A stretch of 53,660 bases of DNA from Staphylococcus phage Pel53: sequence record PP952070.1; one strand, 5' to 3'. Numbering within the stretch: the stretch's first letter is position 1; every line of letters starts with the position of its first letter. The notes beneath the pieces are model-generated. The model was given only the letters and a program-made list of their open reading frames with translations. It was not told the origin of the DNA and did not search any database. Shown here one piece after another: positions 45,499-53,660 of the stretch. Position numbers and translations under genes: made by a program.

Positions 45499-47513
45499 TG
45501 GCAACTGATGACCTCGGACCGGAGTTTAATGATACAGTAGCCTCGTATCTTGCCAAACACTACGGTGACGTATTAAAAGTCTCAAGAGAAAGATTCTGCA
45601 TTCTATCTTTGCCATTGCTCCGTCGATATATTTCAGAAAACTCTGCGATAGTTGACAGCTATGAAGAACAAATTCAAGCAGAGTTAGAAGGCCAGGGTCT
45701 GGAAAACGATGCTGTATTGCGTTCCGTTTTCCGAGCACAACTTGAGCGCCTTCGCTCTGGCGATAAGAAAGATTCAACTGCGTATGCCGACGAGTTGAAG
45801 AAAGGAATCCAAGCTGGTGTATCTGACCGTGTAGCTGGTTCGACTTTAGAAGAGCCAACTTCTGAACACGACAATACACAAGAGCTTGTTGATAAAATCT
45901 TGCATGACCCACACAACGTTGACCCAACTGTAATCCCAGCCAGGGTTGCAGAACAAGTCCGTAAAGTTTTGATGAAGAGTTTTGAAGCATTTGGTAAATG
46001 GCAGTTCCATATTCAAATGGGATTCCCATTCCAGTCTCAAGACTTTCACGATGTAATATTCAAAGTAGGTCAGAAAGTTGTTGACGGTGAGATTGACCGA
46101 CTAATTGTCACCATCCCACCACGACATTCTAAGACTCAGCTTATGAGTATTGCTCTACCACTGTATTCATTTTGCCACAATGAATCGAGCCACAACATTA
46201 TCACCTCCTATGCAGAAGACGTTGTATTGGAATCTAGTGGTTACATCCGTGCAGTAATGCTGGACCCACTGTTCCAACGCATATTCCCGAAGGTGAGAAT
46301 CGACCCTAACAAACGTTCACTTGAACGATGGGGTACGACCAAAGCTGGAGTTATGCATGCAGTACCTACTGGTGGTAAACTGACTGGTAAAGGTGCTGGA
46401 CTTCTTGTTGCAAACTACTCCGGTTGCTTTGTGGTGGATGACGTTATCAAACCAAAAGACGCCTACTCTGACACAGTTCGAGCAGAAATCAACGACCGAT
46501 TTGATAACACCTTTATGTCCCGTCTTGCCAATGATGGGTGCATAACAGATTCACGTGGAAGCCAAATTAAGTGCTCACGTACTCCAATGGTTATCATCAT
46601 GCAGCGAGTTCATGACCAAGATTTAGTTGGCTATATACTCCGTGGTGGTTCCTCTGATAAATACCATTACCTCAATATCCCAGCGATTGTTGAGAAGGGT
46701 GTTGGCAGTGCGAAGTGGTACGACAAATTAATTAAGAAGCAGAACTACACTCATGCTATTCCGATTCTTTATGATTTGAACAGGAAGGAAGAGAAGTCTG
46801 CATTGTGGCCTTCACGTAAGAGTTTAGAATCTCTGGAGGCAATGAAAGAGTCCAACCCATACACATATAACTCACAGTATGCTGGCGACCCGTCTGCTCA
46901 AGGTCATGGCCTTGTTAAAGAAGATTGGTGGCAAGAGTATGAGCCAGACGCTTTCGACAGAAGTCGCATAGTTAGAAGTTTCATTACTGCTGATACGGCA
47001 TCAACTGCCAAATCTTATTCTGACTATTCGGTCCTTAAGCATTGGGGCGTGACTAAAGAGCGTGATGTATATTGTTTGGATATCATGCTCGGCAAGTTTG
47101 AAACTCCAGAACTCAAGACCGCTATAATCGACTTCTGGAACAAATGCAACAAGTTGGATTTAAGAGCTGTGGGCTGTATTCCTCGTGCTTTGTACATGGA
47201 AGATAAGTCTGCTGGACAATTCTTGAACCAACAATTTATTAGAGATGGGAGTGTCCGAGTCTTGCCGCTGCCGCGTGATGGCGTAAATGGTAATGACAAA
47301 GTAACTCGATTCCTAAACGCAATCCCATATTTCTCCCAAAAGAGGATATTCTTCCCTGCTGGTCATGAACACATCGACCACGTTAGACGTGAAATACTTG
47401 GATTCACTTCTTTGGGTAGTGGTACTGGACACGACGATTGTGTCGATAACGTTTCAGATATGGTTGCAATCGAATTCTCAGGCCCAAGTGCCAACTACTC
47501 GGCATGGATGTAA
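45495..47513 (+). CDS. terminase large subunit with about 190-aa N-terminal extension
   Basis: Deviant Walker A TIPPRHSKTQ, Walker B CFVVDDVIKP, C-terminal nuclease region with conserved Asp residues. 672 aa. Confidence 0.75.
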   Translation: MMATDDLGPEFNDTVASYLAKHYGDVLKVSRERFCILSLPLLRRYISENSAIVDSYEEQIQAELEGQGLENDAVLRSVFRAQLERLRSGDKKDSTAYADELKKGIQAGVSDRVAGSTLEEPTSEHDNTQELVDKILHDPHNVDPTVIPARVAEQVRKVLMKSFEAFGKWQFHIQMGFPFQSQDFHDVIFKVGQKVVDGEIDRLIVTIPPRHSKTQLMSIALPLYSFCHNESSHNIITSYAEDVVLESSGYIRAVMLDPLFQRIFPKVRIDPNKRSLERWGTTKAGVMHAVPTGGKLTGKGAGLLVANYSGCFVVDDVIKPKDAYSDTVRAEINDRFDNTFMSRLANDGCITDSRGSQIKCSRTPMVIIMQRVHDQDLVGYILRGGSSDKYHYLNIPAIVEKGVGSAKWYDKLIKKQNYTHAIPILYDLNRKEEKSALWPSRKSLESLEAMKESNPYTYNSQYAGDPSAQGHGLVKEDWWQEYEPDAFDRSRIVRSFITADTASTAKSYSDYSVLKHWGVTKERDVYCLDIMLGKFETPELKTAIIDFWNKCNKLDLRAVGCIPRALYMEDKSAGQFLNQQFIRDGSVRVLPLPRDGVNGNDKVTRFLNAIPYFSQKRIFFPAGHEHIDHVRREILGFTSLGSGTGHDDCVDNVSDMVAIEFSGPSANYSAWM

Positions 47514-47515
47514 AT

Positions 47516-47728
47516 ATGGCGGTTATCACTCGCTTAGATGCCCGCTCACGCAAGAACAACTCCTTCCAGATTCAAGATTTGGAAGGAAACATTTTGTGTG
47601 TGATTGAGGCAGTTTCTACCACAGAGAGTGACTGTGTTAAATTAAAACACGAGTCAAATCTGCGACTCCACACCTCCGACAACATTCAAATTGTTAAGGG
47701 TAATGGAACTGTTCTAAGGAAGAAATAA
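47516..47728 (+). CDS. small hypothetical protein between terminase and portal
   Basis: ATG 47516 (MAVITRLDARSRKN...). Alternative start 47504 overlaps the TerL stop. Confidence 0.35.
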   Translation: MAVITRLDARSRKNNSFQIQDLEGNILCVIEAVSTTESDCVKLKHESNLRLHTSDNIQIVKGNGTVLRKK

Positions 47729-49044
47729 TGACTTCCAAAAAGAAAAACAATCTCTCTGTTAAAGTTGCAGATGGGTTAGAAAACCTTGTAACAGGGTTGG
47801 GCGGTCAGGCAGATAAGTCTACTTTTAATCAGTGGTCTTTCTCCAACAAGAACGCGAACTATCGCGAACTGATGAACCGCTTCCGTGAGGATTGGGTATC
47901 ACAGAAAGTGTGTACCGTTATTCCTCAGGACATGACGCGTAAGTGGCGACATATTGATAGTGAAGAAGGACGCAAAGCAGATAAGAAACTTCGTATCCGC
48001 AAACTGTTCCGTGAAGCATATCAATGGGCCAGACTATATGGGACTTCATTTGTATTACTCGACTTGAAAGGGACGGGTAAACTTGATACACCATTGCGTC
48101 TGGATAACTTGAAGACTGGATGCATTAAGTCCATGAGAGTTATTGACCGCTCACGTTTATTTGCCGCAGGAACTATGGTGTTGGACCCTCTGAGTCCTCA
48201 TTATGGTTTGCCAGAATATTACACTCTGGCGGGGTATCCCGGCTATATCCACTACACTCGTTTCCTTCGGTTCGAGGGTACTGAACTCCCACTGTTCGAA
48301 TTCCAACGTAACATGTGGTACTCTGATTCGGTACTTATTCCACTGCTGAAAACGATTGACCAATTCTATACAACCGCTGCTGCTGCTGCCAGCTTAGCAC
48401 AGGAAGCCACCATTGATGTGGTAACTGTAGAAGGCTTGCAATCTCTGCTCACATCACCGGAAGGTGAAGCTGCTGTGATGAAGCGCTTCAAATTAATGAA
48501 GCTGGCTAAAAGCATTTACAACGTCTTAATTCTCGATAATACTGAGAAGTATGATACCAAGTCAATTGCACTATCTGGTGTGAAGGATTTGATTTGGGAA
48601 TATTTGAAGATAGTTGCTGCCGCAGTTGGTATTCCGGCTACACGTTTCCTTTCTGCATCTCCAGACGGTATGAATGCTACGGGCGAATCTGACCTCGTAA
48701 ACTATATCGACTTGTTGACTGGCTTGCAGACTTCTGTGTTCGACCCTCGTTTAGATGTGGTAGACAAGATTGTCCAAGCGCACTTTGGCATTGAAGAATA
48801 TGACTATGAATGGTTAGATATCTTCCCTGAATCCAACGTTGAGAAAGCGGAGCGAGCTAAAGATTTGGCATTCGCTGTTGACCTGTTGGTTAACAACGGA
48901 ACTATTACCACACAAGTTGCAAACGAAGTCATGTTCCATTCGGGCGTGTTCGGAACTTGTGACCTCGGTAAGCCAAATCCTAAACCTCCTAACATCCAAA
49001 AGGGTAACGCAAGTGAAGCAAAGCCAAAACCTGGTTCAGCTTAA
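47728..49044 (+). CDS. portal protein
   Basis: 438 aa between terminase and scaffold/protease. Acidic, conserved middle region; position diagnostic. Confidence 0.6.
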   Translation: MTSKKKNNLSVKVADGLENLVTGLGGQADKSTFNQWSFSNKNANYRELMNRFREDWVSQKVCTVIPQDMTRKWRHIDSEEGRKADKKLRIRKLFREAYQWARLYGTSFVLLDLKGTGKLDTPLRLDNLKTGCIKSMRVIDRSRLFAAGTMVLDPLSPHYGLPEYYTLAGYPGYIHYTRFLRFEGTELPLFEFQRNMWYSDSVLIPLLKTIDQFYTTAAAAASLAQEATIDVVTVEGLQSLLTSPEGEAAVMKRFKLMKLAKSIYNVLILDNTEKYDTKSIALSGVKDLIWEYLKIVAAAVGIPATRFLSASPDGMNATGESDLVNYIDLLTGLQTSVFDPRLDVVDKIVQAHFGIEEYDYEWLDIFPESNVEKAERAKDLAFAVDLLVNNGTITTQVANEVMFHSGVFGTCDLGKPNPKPPNIQKGNASEAKPKPGSA

Positions 49045-49126
49045 CGACGAAGATACCGTGAATGAAGTAGTTTTGTTAACCGACAAGGCTACTCTGACGA
49101 CCCGTCGTTTACGTGACTCTGGCGAA

Positions 49127-50077
49127 ATGATTGCAGAATGCACCATTGCTCGTACTGGCATCATGCTGTACAAAGCGAAAGAACTTGGTGACATTGCAAA
49201 ACATCTGGACCCAGAATCTATTTGCCGTGTTCGCACCAAGCCGGAAGTATTATTTGATGAAGCAACCATTGAAGGTTGTCGCTCAATTCCGGTTACTATC
49301 GGTCATCCAAAAGATGACGTCAATATCAAGAACAACAAAGAACTCCAGAAAGGGTTCATCGAAGGTCGTCCAATGGCAGACGGTTCTTTCTTGGCTGCAT
49401 CAATCGTTTTGAATGATGAGCAAGCCATTCGATTAGTTGATTCTGGCGTTGACCAAATCTCCCTGGGACATAATGCCGAACTGGCTGTTTCCGAAGATGC
49501 TGATGCAGACTTCGATAAAGTTCGTATTGTCCCTAACCATGCTGCAATTGTTGTTCGTGGTCGTGCTCAGACTACTCGCATTGGCGACTCTGGTGAAGAG
49601 ATTTCCATTGTTGATAAAGCAACCTTTGATGTTGTTGAAGCAGAGCGTGATGCAGCGCTTGACAAGATTACCACTCTTGAGCAGAAACTTGCTGATGCAG
49701 AAACTGCACGACTATCCGATGAAGCCATTCAGGCTGAGGTAGACAAACGTGTTGTTGCTCGTACAGCACTTCTCATTGATGTGGCCCGTCTTGGCGACGA
49801 GTTCTCCAGTCTTGATTTCTCCGGCAAGTCCGATTCGGAAGTTAAGTTGGCTGTAGTTAATAAATTGCATGACAAGGATTTCAGCGATAAGAGTGAAGAT
49901 TATATCTCTGCTCGTTTCGATGCAGCACTTGAAGATTGTGATTCCATTACTTTGGGCGATGCCCTGAATCAATCTATGCAATTCACTGCTAAGAAAGATT
50001 CAGAAGCTCGTAAGCCTAAAGTTTCTATTTCCGAAGAAGCTAACAAACGTCGTTTAGAACGCTTCAACTCTTTATAA
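49127..50077 (+). CDS. scaffolding protein, possibly with N-terminal prohead-protease-like domain
   Basis: Start uncertain (GTG 49058 or ATG 49127). Host-optimised codons. C-terminal half is coiled-coil (AERDAALDKITTLEQKLADAETARLSDEAIQAEVDKR). Confidence 0.5.
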   Translation: MIAECTIARTGIMLYKAKELGDIAKHLDPESICRVRTKPEVLFDEATIEGCRSIPVTIGHPKDDVNIKNNKELQKGFIEGRPMADGSFLAASIVLNDEQAIRLVDSGVDQISLGHNAELAVSEDADADFDKVRIVPNHAAIVVRGRAQTTRIGDSGEEISIVDKATFDVVEAERDAALDKITTLEQKLADAETARLSDEAIQAEVDKRVVARTALLIDVARLGDEFSSLDFSGKSDSEVKLAVVNKLHDKDFSDKSEDYISARFDAALEDCDSITLGDALNQSMQFTAKKDSEARKPKVSISEEANKRRLERFNSL

Positions 50078-50086
50078 GGTAAGACA

Positions 50087-50560
50087 ATGCCAAAGCAAGA
50101 TTGGTCTATTAATACTGGTGCAGCATATGCAGGTGAGCAATATGGCCTGGCTACCACCAACTCTCAGCGCCTGACTTTCAATGCCGAAACTGAAATGGCT
50201 AACTTTGGTTTAGCTGTTGTTCAGGGTACTGCTTCTAATCAGGTTAAGCCTGGTATTGGGGTCGACGGCACTGTTCTGGGCATTACTATGCGCCAGATTA
50301 ACATCGAATCCGCAACCCGTCCTGGTGACGGCACTGTTGCAATCAAAGCTGGCTGGCCTCTGGGCGTTATGCTGTCTGGCCCAATCATGGTTAAACTGGT
50401 TACTGCAATCACTGATAAGAACATTGGTGTATCTGCCACTGGTCAATTTGGTGGCGTTGATGGCACCTACACTGCCGCTACCAACCTGACTGCACTTCGT
50501 TATCCTGCTGCTGCTGGTGACGTTGTTCCGGTCATGATTAACGTAGTCCCAAAGTCGTAA
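50087..50560 (+). CDS. head decoration protein (lambda gpD-like position), zero-frame product
   Basis: 157 aa, Gly/Ala/Val-rich beta-type protein immediately upstream of the major capsid gene. Slippery CCCAAAG at 50548-50554, six nt before the stop. Confidence 0.55.
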   Translation: MPKQDWSINTGAAYAGEQYGLATTNSQRLTFNAETEMANFGLAVVQGTASNQVKPGIGVDGTVLGITMRQINIESATRPGDGTVAIKAGWPLGVMLSGPIMVKLVTAITDKNIGVSATGQFGGVDGTYTAATNLTALRYPAAAGDVVPVMINVVPKS

Positions 50561-50853
50561 CGCCACCTCCAGCACCTACAGTATCTGCTGTAGCTGCGGT
50601 TGTAACTGCTGACGCATCTTCTTCTGATGCCACTGTGACTGTAGATAAGCTGTTTACATTCGGCAACTCTACAGCAACGGACTATGATTTCGCTGTTACA
50701 CCTGCTGTGACTGGTGTTTCTGTGGCGGCAAACGGCACTGTGACTGTCCTGAATGAGACAACCACAGCCACTTCTGCGACAATTAAGGCAACAAACAAAA
50801 CAACCCCTAGCGTAACTGCATCTAAAGAAATAGCAATTACGCCGAAGCCTTAA
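50087..50853 (+). CDS. decoration protein C-terminally extended by programmed -1 frameshift (adds about 100-aa Ig-like domain)
   Basis: The -1 frame is open from 50542 to TAA 50851-53 with no ATG of its own. It encodes PKVVTPPPAPTVSAVAAVVTADASSSDATVTVDKLFTFGNSTATDYDFAVTPAVTGVSVAANGTVTVLNETTTATSATIKATNKTTPSVTASKEIAITPKP, a Thr/Val-rich Big_2-like composition. Confidence 0.5.
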
Positions 50854-50856
50854 GTT

Positions 50857-51915
50857 GTGATGGCGCAATTATCAGTTGCGCCTCACCAAACAAATGGATT
50901 AATTTACATGCCTAAGATGATTAAACTGGCCGACGGTTCTGAATTTGAACTGAATGACGCCATCACTCGTATCCAGGATTCTGGCACTGTTGCCCTGAAC
51001 GATGACGACGCAGTATACTTTCAACGTCAGCTTGAGTTCATTGAAGCTCAAACTTACGACACCCTGTATCCTGAACTGGAAGCGCGTGCTGCTTTCGGTG
51101 TGGACACCACTGGCGGTGCTGGCGTAAACACTCTGACCTACCGTTCTTACAACCATGTTGGTAAAGCTCAGGTAATTAACGCCCGTGCAACCGACCTACC
51201 GAAGTCCAGCATTTCTGGCAAAGAATACAGCGTAACTGTTAAATCAGTTGGTACTGCATTCGATTATGACATTGATGAAGTAGCATCTGCTGCTGTAACT
51301 GGCCTGCCGCTGGAAACTCGTAAAGCAAACGCTGCTATCCGTGGTTACGAGCAGTATGTTAACTCCGCTGCATGGTACGGCGACCAGGCTAACGGCTTCG
51401 TTGGCTTCTTCGAAAACCCAGACATTACCAAAGCAACTGTTGCTGCTGGTGCTGGCTTATCTACTAAGTGGGTCGAGAAGACTCCAACCGAAGTTATTGC
51501 CGACCTGACCACTGCTGTGTCTGCAATGTATGCCTCTACTCTGAAAATCATGCGCCCTGATGAAATCTGGATGCCTGTTGAGCATGAGCAGTACATCTTC
51601 AACACCGCACGTTCTGAGCAGTCTGATAAGACGATTGGTCAATTCTTCATTGACAACAACCAGTTCATCAACTCTCGTGATAAAATCAAAGGTCTGAACG
51701 CAATCAAAGGTCAGGGCGATGCTAGTTCTGATTGTTTCGTCGTTGTTTGCCGCAATGCAATGGGTAACCGTACTTTCCGTCTGCGTGAGCCTCTGCCGCT
51801 GACCTGGCAACCAGTACAGCTTCATGGCCTGATTTATGAAGTACCTGGCCGTGGTCGTTTCGCTGGCTTCCAGGCGATGTATCCGGCAGCAATCTCTATC
51901 AACTCCGGCATCTAA
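50857..51915 (+). CDS. major capsid protein
   Basis: 352 aa with host-optimised codons, after the decoration gene and before the head-completion genes. Confidence 0.65.
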   Translation: MMAQLSVAPHQTNGLIYMPKMIKLADGSEFELNDAITRIQDSGTVALNDDDAVYFQRQLEFIEAQTYDTLYPELEARAAFGVDTTGGAGVNTLTYRSYNHVGKAQVINARATDLPKSSISGKEYSVTVKSVGTAFDYDIDEVASAAVTGLPLETRKANAAIRGYEQYVNSAAWYGDQANGFVGFFENPDITKATVAAGAGLSTKWVEKTPTEVIADLTTAVSAMYASTLKIMRPDEIWMPVEHEQYIFNTARSEQSDKTIGQFFIDNNQFINSRDKIKGLNAIKGQGDASSDCFVVVCRNAMGNRTFRLREPLPLTWQPVQLHGLIYEVPGRGRFAGFQAMYPAAISINSGI

Positions 51916-51962
51916 TAAAATAGGGCGGGACTATTCTCGCCCACAACTTAAGAGAAATAGTA

Positions 51963-52403
51963 ATGCAGATTAAGAACAACGAATCCCGCAACCTTCAATT
52001 CTTCTTCTATAAGAAAGGGAAGTCTGGCAAATCTGAACTGGACTTTATTCACATTCCTGGTGGCGCAACTGTAGAAATTGATGACGAAGTTTACAAGTCC
52101 CTTACAGCATCCACGACGGAAGTTGAAGAACTGCGCGAAGAAGTGGTTCAGCTTGATGACGAGAATATTGGTGCTTCTGTTAAGACTGGTAAAGAAGCTC
52201 TGGTCATCAAGGAGTATTACAGCACTGGTAAAACTCGTAAAGTTAACCTGGTTAAAGAAGCAATCAAAGCTGGTTCTCTTACCATCGTTGAACGTGTGAA
52301 AGTTGGTATGCCTGATATTGATGCTATCCTTGTTAAGAACGGGGTTGACGTTAAGGGTATGCCAGAAGATGTTAAACTGGCTCTCTACGATAAGTTGGCA
52401 TAA
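51963..52403 (+). CDS. head-associated protein (146 aa)
   Basis: Position in the head module. Possible Ig-like/decoration or head fibre protein. Confidence 0.3.
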   Translation: MQIKNNESRNLQFFFYKKGKSGKSELDFIHIPGGATVEIDDEVYKSLTASTTEVEELREEVVQLDDENIGASVKTGKEALVIKEYYSTGKTRKVNLVKEAIKAGSLTIVERVKVGMPDIDAILVKNGVDVKGMPEDVKLALYDKLA

Positions 52404-52792
52404 TGATTACACTGACCGATTTGGTGAAACGTTATCCGGCTATGGCTGACATGACCCAAGACCGTTTTGATATTCTAACTGAGGATGCAAAACTTGTAAT
52501 GGGAACAATCGAATCGCGTTGGTGTGGGTTTTATGACCCAGCTATGGCATCACTTATTGCGCATTGGTCTGCAACTATTGACGACCTAATGCCTGGTGAT
52601 GCCGCAATGCCAGCTATGCCTGTTAGTCGTACCGATGTGGACGATGTTCAGGTAGAGTTTAGCGACCGAATCATTTCAACAATTCCTTATGTTGAAGCTG
52701 ATTTCATGTCAACTATGTACGGTCAACGTTATTTGCAATGGCGGCGCATGGCATTTGCTGGGCCGAGGGTTAGTCCTGGGTTTCAATTTTGA
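52403..52792 (+). CDS. head-tail connector / head completion protein
   Basis: 129 aa, ATGA-coupled. Position only. Confidence 0.35.
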   Translation: MITLTDLVKRYPAMADMTQDRFDILTEDAKLVMGTIESRWCGFYDPAMASLIAHWSATIDDLMPGDAAMPAMPVSRTDVDDVQVEFSDRIISTIPYVEADFMSTMYGQRYLQWRRMAFAGPRVSPGFQF

Positions 52793-53151
52793 TTAACCAA
52801 CGTCGAGCATTTAACCGATACACAACCACTCGTATGTATCTTGAGGTATATCAAGAAGGTTACTACGATGACAAAAATAATTGGGTTGGTGATACATATG
52901 CTCCAAAGAAACCAATCCGATGTACTCCAATACCTTATGGTGACAGGGATTCTGGCGTAAGTGGTCAATCGCTTAAAGCTACAGAAGTCGGAGAGCGCCA
53001 ACCTGCATTCATGCAAGTACATTCCCGAACTGAAATGCCGATGAAGTCCATCCTCACTATCTACGGCCTTCGTTATAAAGTTATTTCTGTTTCTGACTAC
53101 AAGGCGGCTGGGTTCTTTGAAGTCATTGCTGCTAAGGAGTTAGAGAAATGA
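52789..53151 (+). CDS. head-tail joining protein
   Basis: 120 aa, coupled. Position only. Confidence 0.35.
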   Translation: MINQRRAFNRYTTTRMYLEVYQEGYYDDKNNWVGDTYAPKKPIRCTPIPYGDRDSGVSGQSLKATEVGERQPAFMQVHSRTEMPMKSILTIYGLRYKVISVSDYKAAGFFEVIAAKELEK

Positions 53152-53660
53152 TTTATGATGAAGATATTCAGGCGTTGAAGGATATTGTGGACGTCTGTGT
53201 TGGCGTCCCACGCTTCTCTTATGAGATGCAGATAAACGCACCTCGACCAGCTGATAACTACGCCGCAATAAAGTGTGTGTCGTCAGTTAATCCAGGCTTT
53301 GACGAAACCCGAATCGAAGTCCGCAATGGTGAGGAAGTATTTGTTACGAGAGGGATTCGTATACTTACTTTCTACATTCTCTTCTCACGTCGTGGGAGTG
53401 AATATGTTAAGTTTGACAACTCCTTCTTCCGTCCAGATGTTCAGGCTATGCTTAAGAGCAAGGGCTTTGCAACACTAGACAAAAATCCACTGAATCTTGC
53501 CTCGTTAACTCTTGAGACAAATTGGGAATTCCGAGAAGGAATCCAAATTAAATTCAATGTTCTGCGTGAAGACGTAATGAATATTGGAACAATGTCTGAC
53601 GCCAGTGTTGGCGGCAAATTCTATGATGGTGGTGAACCCATCCTAATTAAGGGAATCTAA
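53148..53660 (+). CDS. tail completion / sheath terminator-like protein
   Basis: 170 aa, last gene before the sheath gene when the sequence is circularised. Ends exactly at the window end (TAA). Confidence 0.35.
   Translation: MIYDEDIQALKDIVDVCVGVPRFSYEMQINAPRPADNYAAIKCVSSVNPGFDETRIEVRNGEEVFVTRGIRILTFYILFSRRGSEYVKFDNSFFRPDVQAMLKSKGFATLDKNPLNLASLTLETNWEFREGIQIKFNVLREDVMNIGTMSDASVGGKFYDGGEPILIKGI

Overview
This window (53,660 bp, about 44-45% GC by eye) looks like a complete or near-complete genome of a strictly lytic, tailed dsDNA phage, deposited so that it begins at an ATG (tail sheath gene) and ends on a stop codon. All convincing genes lie on the + strand. Gene order: contractile-tail module (sheath, tube, G/GT chaperone with -1 frameshift, 1234-aa tape measure with C-terminal lytic transglycosylase domain, P2/Mu-like baseplate gpV/gpW/gpJ/gpI, three tail-fibre genes); holin plus SAR-type SleB-like endolysin; a host-like nrdB; an AT-rich/iteron/structured intergenic region; an unusually short T7-like single-subunit RNA polymerase; a 1.1 kb ORF-poor repeat region; about 35 small early genes; a T7-like replication/nucleotide-metabolism module (ThyX, primase-helicase, family A DNA polymerase, SSB, 5'-3' exonuclease, HNH/EndoVII-like nuclease, ATP-dependent ligase, dNMP kinase, dUTPase); then a lambda-like head module (TerL, portal, scaffold/protease, decoration protein with -1 frameshift Ig-like extension, major capsid, connectors). 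Four paralogous AP2-HNH homing endonucleases, one atypical tRNA, an Rz/Rz1 spanin pair far from the other lysis genes, and a recurring 18-20 bp promoter-like motif (ACATTAGTTGGAtgTGAA) are present. From memory, the chimeric architecture (myovirus morphogenesis genes + T7-like RNAP and replication genes, single-strand coding, about 53 kb, Enterobacteriaceae host suggested by an E. coli-type SSB tail DDDIPF and an E. coli-like nrdB) resembles the phiEcoM-GJ1-like group of phages; this is an inference, not a database result. The items most worth follow-up are: the N-terminally truncated mini-RNAP and its promoter set; two promoter copies that drive long ORF-free regions; the ORF-poor GCATGT/CAATATTG repeat region; a candidate origin or genome end (AT tract + 3 iterons + twin hairpins); an orphan nrdB without nrdA; a small protein carrying the E. 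coli SSB C-terminal tip; acidic candidate DNA-mimic proteins; a dUTPase with a His-rich C-terminal extension; and a decoration protein with a programmed frameshift.
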